Positions 1-9,081 of a stretch of 64,000 nt of DNA are shown here, one piece after another; position 1 is the stretch's first letter, and each line of letters begins with the position of its first letter. The translations under genes were made by a program, and so were the position numbers. The DNA comes from a virus, in the IMG/VR virus record IMGVR_UViG_3300027763_000036, positions 32,001-96,000 of that record. The stretch is one strand, 5' to 3'. The notes under the pieces were generated by a model, which did not search any database, was not told the DNA's origin, and was given only the letters and a program-made list of their open reading frames with translations.

Positions 1-4
1 TGTA

Positions 5-1132
5 ATGCTTCCAGCAGATGAAGAAAAACCTAAGTCTATGTTCTCTAAAGAGACAGTAGACACCACGTTCCTTGACAAGCCTGCTTCTAAAGAAGAAGTA
101 GCAAAGAAAGAAGAAGTAGAAGAAACTATTGCTGAGTTAGATAGTTTAATTACTCAAGAAGAAGATGCTGGTAATAAAGGAAGACCAAAGGTTGACAAGT
201 CAGGTCTTGCTGAACTGGCAAGTAAAATGATTGAGGAAGGATCTTTAGTACCTTTTGATGATGACAAACCATTAGAGGAATATACTACAAAAGATTTCCG
301 TGAACTATTTGAAGCAAACTTTCAGGAAAGAGAAAATGCAGTTAGAGAAAATACTCCAAAAGAGTTTTTCAATGCATTACCTGAAGAACTTCAGTATGCA
401 GCTAAGTATGTAGCAGATGGTGGTACAGATCTTAAGGGTCTATTTAGAACTCTTGCTCATGTAGAAGAGATGAGAGAACTAGATCCTAATGATGAATATG
501 ATCAAGCAGAAATTGCAAGACAATACTTATTTACTACAAACTTTGGTACTTCAGAAGAAATTGAAGAAGAAATCAATGATTGGAGAGATATGGATAAGCT
601 TGCACAAAAAGCTAATCAATTTAAACCAAAGTTAGATAGAATGCAAGAAGAAATTGTTGCTAGACAACTTGCTGAACAAGAAGTAAAAAAGCAACAACAA
701 GAAGAAGCTGCTAGACAATACACAGATAATGTATATGGTACTCTAGCAAATGGTGAAATCGGAGGAATTAAACTTGATAGAAAAGTACAAAGTATGCTAT
801 ACTCAGGATTAGTTCAACCTAACTACCCTTCTATTTCTGGTAAACAAACTAACTTACTTGGACACTTATTAGAAAAGTATCAGTTTGTAGAACCAAGACA
901 TGATCTTATTGCAGAAGCACTTTGGTTACTTGCAGATCCAGATGGATATAAATCTAAGATTAAAGACCAAGGAAATAAACAAGCTGTAGAAAAAACAGTA
1001 AGGCAATTAAAAACAGAACAGTCTAGAAAGATCACATCTTCTGTAAATGATGATAGAGAATATGATCAAAAGACTAGAACAAGTAAACCACAAAAAACCA
1101 TCTCAAGAACTAATATGTTTAAGAGATTTTAA
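5..1132 (+). CDS. Putative capsid scaffolding/assembly protein (probably 5'-truncated by the window edge)
   Basis: Acidic, helical/coiled-coil-like, basic C-terminus, immediately upstream of the MCP as in crAss-like capsid modules; frame is open back to the window start. Confidence 0.6.
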   Translation: MLPADEEKPKSMFSKETVDTTFLDKPASKEEVAKKEEVEETIAELDSLITQEEDAGNKGRPKVDKSGLAELASKMIEEGSLVPFDDDKPLEEYTTKDFRELFEANFQERENAVRENTPKEFFNALPEELQYAAKYVADGGTDLKGLFRTLAHVEEMRELDPNDEYDQAEIARQYLFTTNFGTSEEIEEEINDWRDMDKLAQKANQFKPKLDRMQEEIVARQLAEQEVKKQQQEEAARQYTDNVYGTLANGEIGGIKLDRKVQSMLYSGLVQPNYPSISGKQTNLLGHLLEKYQFVEPRHDLIAEALWLLADPDGYKSKIKDQGNKQAVEKTVRQLKTEQSRKITSSVNDDREYDQKTRTSKPQKTISRTNMFKRF

Positions 1133-1160
1133 TTAAGTAACAAATAAAACAAATATAAAA

Positions 1161-2780
1161 ATGGCAACTCCAATTTTAAACAATGGGATATTCCTAAGAG
1201 ACACAGCCTACCAAGCGTCATCGCATGTAGACTCTTATCACTTAGTGAATATGTTAAAAGATGCTGAACCTATGGATTTAGGTCCGGTAGACCTTTGGGC
1301 TATGGCTCAAAAAGTAGAAATGCCCCTTTACCAGCTTTCTAGCTTTGGTGGCAAAAATGTAATTATGGTAGATAATGCTCGTGGAGAGTATAAGTGGCAG
1401 ACTCCTGTCTCTACAGATCTTCCTTATATCATTGAGGACATTGAATCAGGTAATGCATTTAAAGGTGTTGATGGTACTACCTTCAAAATCAAAATTAACC
1501 GTAGAGAGTTTGGACATGGTGACATCATCACTTATGACAAATACAATGGGGTTGAGATGTACATTACAGATGAAGATATCCTTCCAATTGGTGATGGATT
1601 TATTTATACTGTTCAACTTGTAAACAATGACAATACTAAATACTTGGATAACAAGTACTTGGCTAATGGTACAAGAATGTTTAGAAAAGGTTCTGCAAGA
1701 GGTGAGTATGGTGAAAGATTCTCTGACATCATGACCAATGCAGGATTCCGTGAATACTATAACTTTGTTGGTGGTGCTGAAGCTCACGTACATTATTCTA
1801 TCTCTTCAAGAGCAGACTTAATGATCAAAGGTGGTATGAATGCAGATGGTACAGTTCCTGTAACTGAAATCTGGAGAACATTTGATAAAAACAACCTAGA
1901 TCCATCTATCACATCTTTGGAAGATATGGTAAAAGTTATGGGTAAAGATGCAGTTAAAAAAGCATTTGACAATGGAGATCTTTCTAGAACTTTCTTGACA
2001 AATATGGAAGCTGCTCACTTATCTAAAATTGCTACAGATATTGAGACTTACTTAATGTGGGGACAAGGTGGTAAAGTTAAACAAGATGGTCCAGATGATA
2101 TCAGACTTTCTGTTGGACTTTGGCAACAATTGAACAACGCGTTCAAAAGAGTATACAACAAGAATAACTTTACTCTTGACTTATTCCGTGGAGAAATTTA
2201 TAACTTCTTCAATGGTAAGGTTGAGTTCCAAGGACCAGATCCAAAAAGATCTCTTATTGTACAAACTGGTATGGGTGGTATGCGTATGGTTAATGAGGCC
2301 ATCAAGCAAGAAGCTATCTCTTCAGGTTTGTTAATTCAGGCTGCTGATATTGGTGCTATCACTGGTAAAGGTATGGACTTGAACTTTGGATTTGCTTATA
2401 CATCATATGTAATTCCATTCTTGGCAAATGTTAAGTTTGTTCTTAACCCAGCATTTGACAATGTTCATACAAATGATATTGAGAACCCAATCATTGATGG
2501 TTTCCCATTATCTTCTTATAGCTTTATCATCTTTGATATCACTGATAACACTAATGATAATATCTTTATGTTGAAACTTTCTTGGGATAACCAATTGAAG
2601 TGGTGGTATCAAAATGGTACTATGGACTACATGGGAAGAACTCAAGGATTCCAGTCTTCTGGACAATTCAACGGGTACCGTGTGATGATGTCTCAAACAA
2701 TGCCAGCTATTTGGGTAAAAGACCCAACTAAAGTCTTGAAAATTGTTATGAGAAACCCAATCACTGGAGGCTCTCTATAA
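1161..2780 (+). CDS. Major capsid protein, crAss-like
   Basis: 539 aa; overall resemblance to crAss-like MCPs (YKWQTP near the N-terminus, ETYLMWGQG, IWVKDPTK at the C-terminus); follows the scaffold and is followed by a strong terminator. Confidence 0.85.
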   Translation: MATPILNNGIFLRDTAYQASSHVDSYHLVNMLKDAEPMDLGPVDLWAMAQKVEMPLYQLSSFGGKNVIMVDNARGEYKWQTPVSTDLPYIIEDIESGNAFKGVDGTTFKIKINRREFGHGDIITYDKYNGVEMYITDEDILPIGDGFIYTVQLVNNDNTKYLDNKYLANGTRMFRKGSARGEYGERFSDIMTNAGFREYYNFVGGAEAHVHYSISSRADLMIKGGMNADGTVPVTEIWRTFDKNNLDPSITSLEDMVKVMGKDAVKKAFDNGDLSRTFLTNMEAAHLSKIATDIETYLMWGQGGKVKQDGPDDIRLSVGLWQQLNNAFKRVYNKNNFTLDLFRGEIYNFFNGKVEFQGPDPKRSLIVQTGMGGMRMVNEAIKQEAISSGLLIQAADIGAITGKGMDLNFGFAYTSYVIPFLANVKFVLNPAFDNVHTNDIENPIIDGFPLSSYSFIIFDITDNTNDNIFMLKLSWDNQLKWWYQNGTMDYMGRTQGFQSSGQFNGYRVMMSQTMPAIWVKDPTKVLKIVMRNPITGGSL

Positions 2781-2793
2781 TAGATCAAAGTAT

Positions 2794-2822
2794 AAGAGGG
2801 AGAGTAATATCTCCCTCTTTTT
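2794..2822 (+). terminator. Rho-independent terminator after MCP
   Basis: aagagggaga-gtaata-tctccctctt stem followed by a T run. Confidence 0.8.
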
Positions 2823-2853
2823 ACTTATTTTTAAATTTTAAAACCAACAAAAA

Positions 2854-3879
2854 ATGGAAAGTACAGGATTTACAATGGTGGAAATTAACAAGGCTGCCAC
2901 CAGCAGAAAAACAGCTATAGCAGTTAGAACGTTCTTTGATAGTAACTCATCTAATATGGGATTAGAAAACTACCAACAGGTATTGTTTGATGGTGTAAAA
3001 CATCATGAGCAATTAGCTTGTTTGGAAGTTAATGGAGTAATTAGATATATCACAGGTTTAAATGAGTTTGCACCTGAGATTAAAAATTTACCTACAGACC
3101 AAAAAGAAGCAAAAGTTAGAGAAATCAGAACAGCAATTGCAGAACTTGAAAGAGAATTAGCATCTAATGTTGTTGATATTGAAGACAAAGATTTTTGGAA
3201 TAAAGTAAAATTACTTACTCCAAATAACAAAGATTTCTGGAATAAGATAGATATTAAATGTGGTAATGAGCCAGTATATCTAGATCCAAAAGATCCTTTT
3301 GATAGAATTAAAATTTATGCTATTGAAGCTGGAGGATTTTCAATTATAGCAAAAAGCTATGAAGATGCAAGATCAAAAGCTAAACCGCCTAAATTTTATT
3401 TAGATAAAGAAGAAGAAACTGTAATGATCAGAACTGAGTACAAGAAAATGCGTAACAAAGCACTTTCTGAGTTACAAAAGTTATTTGATAAGAACAGTAC
3501 AAAACTATTCTATGTTGCTAAAGTAGTAGATATTAATAGCACACAGTATAGAAAAACTACTCCAAATGATATCATTTATGAAAATATGGATATGTACATA
3601 AATGGTGAAGGTGGAGAAAGCAACAAAGAAAGAGCAGCAAAATCTTTCATGGATGCAGTTAGTATGGATATGGAAACATTAAAAATTAAATCAGTTGTAC
3701 GTGATTCCATATTTTTTAAGTATATTATTAATAAGGCAGATGGTCATATTTACCATGCTAAGTCTAATAGCTTACTTGGTAGAAATGTAGCTGATGTTGT
3801 AGAGTACATGAAGAACCCACTCAATGAGGATGTTCTTAAAGACCTTACAGCTTCTGTTGAGAAATTATGGAATTCATAA
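2854..3879 (+). CDS. Conserved crAss-like protein downstream of MCP (gene 75-like)
   Basis: 341 aa; synteny directly after the MCP; DFWNK motif occurs twice. Confidence 0.55.
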   Translation: MESTGFTMVEINKAATSRKTAIAVRTFFDSNSSNMGLENYQQVLFDGVKHHEQLACLEVNGVIRYITGLNEFAPEIKNLPTDQKEAKVREIRTAIAELERELASNVVDIEDKDFWNKVKLLTPNNKDFWNKIDIKCGNEPVYLDPKDPFDRIKIYAIEAGGFSIIAKSYEDARSKAKPPKFYLDKEEETVMIRTEYKKMRNKALSELQKLFDKNSTKLFYVAKVVDINSTQYRKTTPNDIIYENMDMYINGEGGESNKERAAKSFMDAVSMDMETLKIKSVVRDSIFFKYIINKADGHIYHAKSNSLLGRNVADVVEYMKNPLNEDVLKDLTASVEKLWNS

Positions 3880-3891
3880 ATATTATATAAA

Positions 3892-5040
3892 ATGGCAACT
3901 TCAAAAAAACAAAAAAAACAAAGTACTAGTTTAATAGATGCTGTAAACAGATGGGCAGATAGAAATTTTAGAAATAGTATTAATAAATCTTCTTCAGATT
4001 TAAATAAAAAGATTCAAAAAAAACTTGATCCAGTTAGAAAAGAAGCAAAAAAAGTAAATACTAAAATTCAAAAAGAATATGGTGATCCTTTAAGAAAAAA
4101 GGCATCTAATTTAAATACTAAAATTCAGACTAAAGTTGGAGATCCAATAAGAAAAAGTACTTATGGAGATAAAAAGAAAGAAGTTAAAAAAGTAGAAGTT
4201 AAAAAACCTGCGGTTAAACCAAATAATAAAGATCTCCTTGACAAGATGACAAGAACTGCTCAAGGTTATTATTTAAATACTAAGACTGGTAAACTTGAAA
4301 AGAATCCTGATATTAATACTATAACTAAAAAATTTGCTGAAGATCTTAAAAACAAACAGACTAAAAAAGTAGAAGTTAAAAAGCCTACTGCTAAACCAAT
4401 TAGTATGAAAACCCCAGTAAGGGTATCTGATATTGCAAATAAAGTAGCAGAAGGAGCTGGAAAAAAAGACGCTCCAAAAGTAAAAGCTCAAATTGAATCT
4501 TTAATAAGACCAGAGATTAAAAAGAAAAAAGAAAAAGTAAAGAAAAAAGTATTACAACCAGAAATTAAAAGATATAAGCCTAATACTGAACCATTAAGAT
4601 ATCTTGATGATAAATTACCAATTAAAAACTCAGAGTCTAAAAAGTCTACACCAACTCCACCACCAACTCCACCACCACCTGCTTCTTCACCTACAGTATC
4701 ACAATTGTGGCAACAAAAAACTGGTACTAGTTGGTCAGAAGCTAAAAAACAAGGATTAACCGATGGTAGTGCTTCTGCAAATATGGCTTTGATGAAGAAG
4801 TTAAAGTCTGGTGAAATAAATAAAAGCAGTTTGTCAAAACCAAAAACTGAGGTTACCCCAACTCCAGTTGCAACAACTCCTACTCCTACTCCAACTCCTA
4901 AATCTAAGCCTACTCCATATGCTGGATCAGGAATAGGTGCAATGGAAAGATCAGAAAGAGAATTTGAAGAACAAGGATTTAGAAGAGGAGGTTCAGTTAG
5001 AAAAATGCGCAAGGGTGGTATGGTAAAAAGAAAAAAATAA
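3892..5040 (+). CDS. Lys/Pro-rich basic protein with internal repeats and C-terminal xxGG motifs
   Basis: 382 aa; three ~18-aa N.KIQ...DP.RK repeats, KKVEVKKP twice, PT-rich linkers, ends RRGGSVRKMRKGGMVKRKK. Confidence 0.75.
   Translation: MATSKKQKKQSTSLIDAVNRWADRNFRNSINKSSSDLNKKIQKKLDPVRKEAKKVNTKIQKEYGDPLRKKASNLNTKIQTKVGDPIRKSTYGDKKKEVKKVEVKKPAVKPNNKDLLDKMTRTAQGYYLNTKTGKLEKNPDINTITKKFAEDLKNKQTKKVEVKKPTAKPISMKTPVRVSDIANKVAEGAGKKDAPKVKAQIESLIRPEIKKKKEKVKKKVLQPEIKRYKPNTEPLRYLDDKLPIKNSESKKSTPTPPPTPPPPASSPTVSQLWQQKTGTSWSEAKKQGLTDGSASANMALMKKLKSGEINKSSLSKPKTEVTPTPVATTPTPTPTPKSKPTPYAGSGIGAMERSEREFEEQGFRRGGSVRKMRKGGMVKRKK
3997..4158 (+). repeat. Three imperfect ~54-nt coding tandem repeats (LN[TK]KIQ..[GL]DP.RK)
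   Basis: DLNKKIQKKLDPVRKE / KVNTKIQKEYGDPLRKK / NLNTKIQTKVGDPIRKS. Confidence 0.7.
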
Positions 5041-5059
5041 TTTATATAAATTAAATAAA

Positions 5060-5551
5060 ATGAAAGCAAAAATGCAAAGAGGTGGATTAACTGCCACTAA
5101 TAGAAAAACAGCTATGACAGCATTAGGAATCAAACCAAAATCTAAAGAGTTTGATCCATCAAGATTTGGTGATAAGGCTAGTGTTGGTACTACTAGAAAA
5201 AAATATGCTGAAGGTGGTCCTACACTTGGTCCGGTTTATAGCGGACCAACAGGTGGAAAAGGTGGTGCTGGAACATATGAGCCGCCTGTAACAAAAAAAA
5301 CACCAACCACAAGAAAAAAATCATATAAAACTGGTGGTATGGTTAATCCAAATGCAACAGTTAAAAAACAAACTGTACCTGGATCTAAAGGAGTTATGTC
5401 TGGAGAGAATCCAAAAGCATCTGCATCTAAAGTTGCTAAAGGACGTTCAGGTGGAATTTCAAAGGCTCCTAAAACTGCAACTCCTAAAGCAATGTATGGC
5501 ATGTCTATGAAACCAGGCATGATGAAAATGGGTGGTGCTAAAAAGAAATAG
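5060..5551 (+). CDS. Small basic low-complexity protein with multiple xxGG motifs
   Basis: 163 aa, K/G/M-rich; MQRGG, YAEGG, YKTGG, MKMGG. Confidence 0.75.
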   Translation: MKAKMQRGGLTATNRKTAMTALGIKPKSKEFDPSRFGDKASVGTTRKKYAEGGPTLGPVYSGPTGGKGGAGTYEPPVTKKTPTTRKKSYKTGGMVNPNATVKKQTVPGSKGVMSGENPKASASKVAKGRSGGISKAPKTATPKAMYGMSMKPGMMKMGGAKKK

Positions 5552-5553
5552 TC

Positions 5554-5892
5554 ATGCCTAAAGATTCTTGCTATCATAGTGTAAAATCAAGATATGCCGT
5601 CTTTCCCTCTGCAAGAGCTTCACAAGCTATTGCTAAGTGTAGAAAAGGTAAAGGTCAAGTAAGAAAGACTGAGAAGGGTGCAGAACTAAAAAGATGGCAA
5701 GCAGAAAAATGGCAAGATACTAAATCAGGAAAAGCTTGTGGTGCCGGTGGTAAAAATGAATACTGCCGGCCTACAAAAAGAGTATCTAAGGATACACCTA
5801 AAACAAAGTATGAACTAACACCTTCTAAACTAGCTGCTAAAAAGGCTGAGAAGTCAAGAGTAGGAATGGGAAGAAGAGTTAAAAAAGTATAA
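5554..5892 (+). CDS. Small basic phage protein (resembles the DUF5872-like family)
   Basis: DSCYHSVKSRY..FPSA.AS, LKRW..EKW.D and CRP.KRVSKDTPKT motifs recalled from aquatic phage proteins; family label tentative. Confidence 0.6.
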   Translation: MPKDSCYHSVKSRYAVFPSARASQAIAKCRKGKGQVRKTEKGAELKRWQAEKWQDTKSGKACGAGGKNEYCRPTKRVSKDTPKTKYELTPSKLAAKKAEKSRVGMGRRVKKV

Positions 5893-5894
5893 CC

Positions 5895-6137
5895 ATGGCA
5901 ATTAAAAAAACAACTACAAAAAAAGCACCAGCTAAGAAGTCAAGTTCTTCAGTTGGTATTTCTATTTTAGGTGGTAATAAAGCAGACATGAGAAAATGGG
6001 AAATTGAATCTGCTATGTCTACATTACAAAGAGCTGCTGAGATTCAGAAGAATGCTAAGCTTATGAATGATGTTAAGAAAATGGCAGCTGAAAAAGCAAA
6101 AGAATTCAATAGCATTGCTGCTGGTAAAAAGATTTAG
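5895..6137 (+). CDS. Small basic hypothetical protein
   Basis: 80 aa, Lys-rich N-terminus, tightly packed in the operon. Confidence 0.7.
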   Translation: MAIKKTTTKKAPAKKSSSSVGISILGGNKADMRKWEIESAMSTLQRAAEIQKNAKLMNDVKKMAAEKAKEFNSIAAGKKI

Positions 6138-6139
6138 TA

Positions 6140-6379
6140 ATGGCAAGAGTTACTGCAGGTGGTGAAAAACATAGAGTTTACAAAAAGACTAATAAGATTG
6201 GTAAAGGTAAGCCTGGTGATATAATGGTTAATCATCCTACTAAAGATAAAGGAATGTGGGATACAATTAATCTAACCAAAAAAGCAGGAGCAAAAACAGT
6301 AAAGCAAGGTATAGCAGCAACTAAAAAATGGCATAGAGAAAATCCATATCCAAAACCTAAAAAAAATGGCAAAGTATAA
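6140..6379 (+). CDS. Small basic hypothetical protein
   Basis: 79 aa, Lys-rich, 2 nt after the previous stop. Confidence 0.7.
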   Translation: MARVTAGGEKHRVYKKTNKIGKGKPGDIMVNHPTKDKGMWDTINLTKKAGAKTVKQGIAATKKWHRENPYPKPKKNGKV

Positions 6380-6644
6380 AAGTCCAAGCTGGACCAGAAA
6401 AGAAGGTAAGGATCCTAAAGGAGGATTAAATGCTAAAGGAGTAGCTTCTTATAGAGCAGCTAATCCTGGAAGTAAGCTTCAAACAGCTGTAACTACTAAA
6501 CCATCAAAGCTTAAGCCTGGTAGCAAAGATGCTAAAAGACGCAAGAGCTTTTGTGCTAGAATGTCAGGAATGCCTGGACCAATGAAAGATGAAAAAGGAA
6601 GACCAACTAGAAAAGCTCTTTCTTTAAGAAAATGGAATTGTTAA
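6366..6644 (+). CDS. Small basic phage protein (DUF6321-like)
   Basis: KGGLNAKG..SY, RRKSFCARM.G and SLRKWNC motifs. Confidence 0.7.
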   Translation: MAKYKSPSWTRKEGKDPKGGLNAKGVASYRAANPGSKLQTAVTTKPSKLKPGSKDAKRRKSFCARMSGMPGPMKDEKGRPTRKALSLRKWNC

Positions 6645-6660
6645 TTTATTATATATAATT

Positions 6661-6978
6661 ATGAAGACTTGTAAAATGGGTTGTGGTAAGATGAAATCTG
6701 GAGGCACAATCAAAAAGGTAAAAAAGATGGCATTAGGTGGTTCTGCTACCAATAAACTAAATAATCCTAAAGCACCTACTAAACCTATGAGAGGTGGTGG
6801 CAATACTAAAATGGGAATCTATGGTGTTCCTAATGCAGGACCTACAGGACCAAACATTCAAGGTATTAATACTATGAAAGCAGGTGGTAATGTTACTGCT
6901 GTTAAAAGAGGATGCCCCGGAGGGACTCAAAGATTGGAAAATGGCAAATGTGGTCAAAGACCATTATATGGTGCATAG
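6661..6978 (+). CDS. Small basic protein with xxGG motifs
   Basis: 105 aa; MKSGG, MALGG, MRGGG, MKAGG. Confidence 0.7.
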   Translation: MKTCKMGCGKMKSGGTIKKVKKMALGGSATNKLNNPKAPTKPMRGGGNTKMGIYGVPNAGPTGPNIQGINTMKAGGNVTAVKRGCPGGTQRLENGKCGQRPLYGA

Positions 6979-7003
6979 TAAATAACTATTAAAAGAAATA
7001 ATC

Positions 7004-7042
7004 ATGTGTAGCTGTAGAAATAAAGGTAAAATAAAAAAGTAA
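7004..7042 (+). CDS. Possible 12-aa micro-ORF MCSCRNKGKIKK
   Basis: Read from the DNA; leader aaataatcATG is the same as that of 7202; fills the gap before 7047. Confidence 0.35.
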   Translation: MCSCRNKGKIKK

Positions 7043-7046
7043 AGTC

Positions 7047-7199
7047 ATGGCAACTAAAAAGAAGACTGACAAGAAGTGGATCCAGAAAGCAATTAATCCT
7101 GCACATAAAGGATATTGCACTCCGATGACTAAAGCTACTTGTACTCCTAAAAGAAAGGCTCTTGCTATTACATTAAGAAAAATGTCTAAAAATAAATAA
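7047..7199 (+). CDS. 50-aa basic protein missing from the ORF track
   Basis: MATKKKTDKKWIQKAINPAHKGYCTPMTKATCTPKRKALAITLRKMSKNK; KWIQKAI...LA.TL motif typical of small phage basic proteins; ends 2 nt before the next ATG. Confidence 0.75.
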   Translation: MATKKKTDKKWIQKAINPAHKGYCTPMTKATCTPKRKALAITLRKMSKNK

Positions 7200-7201
7200 T
7201 C

Positions 7202-7786
7202 ATGAAAAAAAATAATAAAGTAAATCCACTTAAATACTTTAATGATAATAAAGCTATGGCTTATAAAAAAGCTGGTGGTGCTATGAAAGATTTTAAAAAA
7301 TCATTAAAAAGATATCAAGGTAATGTGACAGGTAGTCAAGTTTCTTCAGATGTTAGGAATGCTCTAATGGATAGTGCTAATAAAAGTAATATGGCCAATG
7401 AACAATATAATAGTAGCCTTACTAATTCACGTAAATTAATGGAGGATTCTTATAATACTCAAAATCTTTTGCGTGAAGCATCTGAAAGAAATAGACAATT
7501 ACTTGAAAATGCACCAAGAAACAATTCAGCTGCGCAAGCAAGAATGAATGCAACTATAAGCTCACCTGCAAAAGCTGTTGCCCAACCAGTTTCAAATGTT
7601 GACTCATCTTCATATGAAAGATATAAACAACAATTTAATAGAAAGGGCGGCTCTGTAAAAAAAATGTCTAAAGGTGGGGCACTTAAACCAGTTCCTGCAG
7701 ATAAAGTAGGTCTTTCTAAACTACCAACACCTGTTAGAAATAAAATGGGATATCAAAAGAAAGGTGGTTCTGTAAAAAGAAAATAA
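7202..7786 (+). CDS. Basic protein with xxGG motifs at both ends
   Basis: 194 aa; KKAGG, NRKGG, MSKGG, QKKGG. Confidence 0.75.
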   Translation: MKKNNKVNPLKYFNDNKAMAYKKAGGAMKDFKKSLKRYQGNVTGSQVSSDVRNALMDSANKSNMANEQYNSSLTNSRKLMEDSYNTQNLLREASERNRQLLENAPRNNSAAQARMNATISSPAKAVAQPVSNVDSSSYERYKQQFNRKGGSVKKMSKGGALKPVPADKVGLSKLPTPVRNKMGYQKKGGSVKRK

Positions 7787-7793
7787 ATAAGAA

Positions 7794-8495
7794 ATGTTAA
7801 ATAGTACTATAACTGTAAAGATTAAACAACGGCTGAATAAATTAGATAGCCAAGATTATGACAACTTAGAGTGTTGGCAGATAGTTGAGGCGTTTAATAA
7901 AGCTCAGGTGGAGTGGTCTAGAAGACAGTTACATGGTATTAACTTAACCAAGGAGGGTGATGAAGGATCTACTAGAAGAAAGGACGATATGCAAGTTCTT
8001 CTTTTCAAAGAGACTATAACTAATCTAACTGACAAAGGAGATTATTCATTCTTAAATATTCCTGGAGATTATTTACAATGGAAAAGAGTAGATGTATTTG
8101 CTCAAAGAGATTGTTGTGATAAAAGAAGAATGGTTATATATCTGGCAGAAGAAGGGAATGTCTCAGTACTTCTTAGAGATAAATTAAAGAAGCCAAGCTT
8201 TGAATGGGCAGAGACATTTGCTACTCTTATAGATGATAACATTAATGTTTACACCAACGGGGAATTTAATATACCAGAGGTTCAATTAACTTACTACAGA
8301 CAACCTAGAAAGATTCAGATTCAGGGATGTGTGGATCCCTATACTAATATACAATCTCCTGTTAATGTTACATGTGAGTTTAAAGATGATATAATAGAAT
8401 TAATAATTGATGAAGCAGTAAGTATTATAGCTGGAGATATTGAGTCAGGAAATCAATTCTCTAGAGGTACAGATACTGCAGAACGCAACAACTAA
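7794..8495 (+). CDS. Head-tail adaptor / ring protein (crAss-like)
   Basis: 233 aa; LNKLDSQDY..FNKAQ N-terminus and Y.RQPRKI...CEF..IIDEAV C-terminus, as in crAss ring proteins. Confidence 0.65.
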   Translation: MLNSTITVKIKQRLNKLDSQDYDNLECWQIVEAFNKAQVEWSRRQLHGINLTKEGDEGSTRRKDDMQVLLFKETITNLTDKGDYSFLNIPGDYLQWKRVDVFAQRDCCDKRRMVIYLAEEGNVSVLLRDKLKKPSFEWAETFATLIDDNINVYTNGEFNIPEVQLTYYRQPRKIQIQGCVDPYTNIQSPVNVTCEFKDDIIELIIDEAVSIIAGDIESGNQFSRGTDTAERNN

Positions 8496-8498
8496 AAA

Positions 8499-9017
8499 AT
8501 GGAACCAAAATCTAGACTTTTAAAAAGAAATCCTGAGCCTACTAGAACATTGAGTAGACCACAGGTAACAGTAACACAACCTAAATCAGAACCTTCAAAA
8601 CCACAACCTACTCCGGATACTGGAGTTGGTGGTAGCTCATTAGATACTATGACAGCAGCCTGTGCATCAGAACTTATGAATGCTACAACAAGTTTTCACA
8701 AACTTCATTTAAAAGTTACAGGAGATGGATCTTATGCAGCACATAATGCACTTAATCCATTCTATCAAGGACTTCATGAACATGCCGATACTTTGGTTGA
8801 AGGATATCAAGGAGCAGCTGAAAAACTATTAACTTATACAGAAGTGCCTGCTAGAACTTTAGATACAGTAGCAGATGGTGTAGCATATCTTAGAGATTTA
8901 TATAATATTATTAACAAATTACAAGGTATGATGCCCTACTCTGAGATTGTTAATAATTTAGATTTAGTTAAAGAGTCAATTACGTCAACTAAGTATAAAC
9001 TTCTTTTCTTGAAATAA
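8499..9017 (+). CDS. Ferritin/Dps-like protein (DUF5856-like) with Pro-rich N-terminal extension
   Basis: H..H..V.G.GSYAAH.AL..FY.....AD.LVE.YQG matches the Dps-like four-helix pattern. Confidence 0.75.
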   Translation: MEPKSRLLKRNPEPTRTLSRPQVTVTQPKSEPSKPQPTPDTGVGGSSLDTMTAACASELMNATTSFHKLHLKVTGDGSYAAHNALNPFYQGLHEHADTLVEGYQGAAEKLLTYTEVPARTLDTVADGVAYLRDLYNIINKLQGMMPYSEIVNNLDLVKESITSTKYKLLFLK

Positions 9018-9018
9018 T

Positions 9019-9047
9019 TTTGATATTGTAAATATTTTTACTATATT
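9019..9047 (+). promoter_or_regulatory. Putative promoter TTTG-N19-TATATT
   Basis: Intergenic; TTTA-N-TATATT core shared with other intergenic sites; resembles the Bacteroidota -33/-7 layout. Confidence 0.4.
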
Positions 9048-9081
9048 ATATTATATATATGTTTAACTAAAATTTAAAAAA

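Noticed and set aside
4645-4920. ccaactcca/cctact short tandem repeats
   Set aside because: Explained by Pro/Thr linker coding
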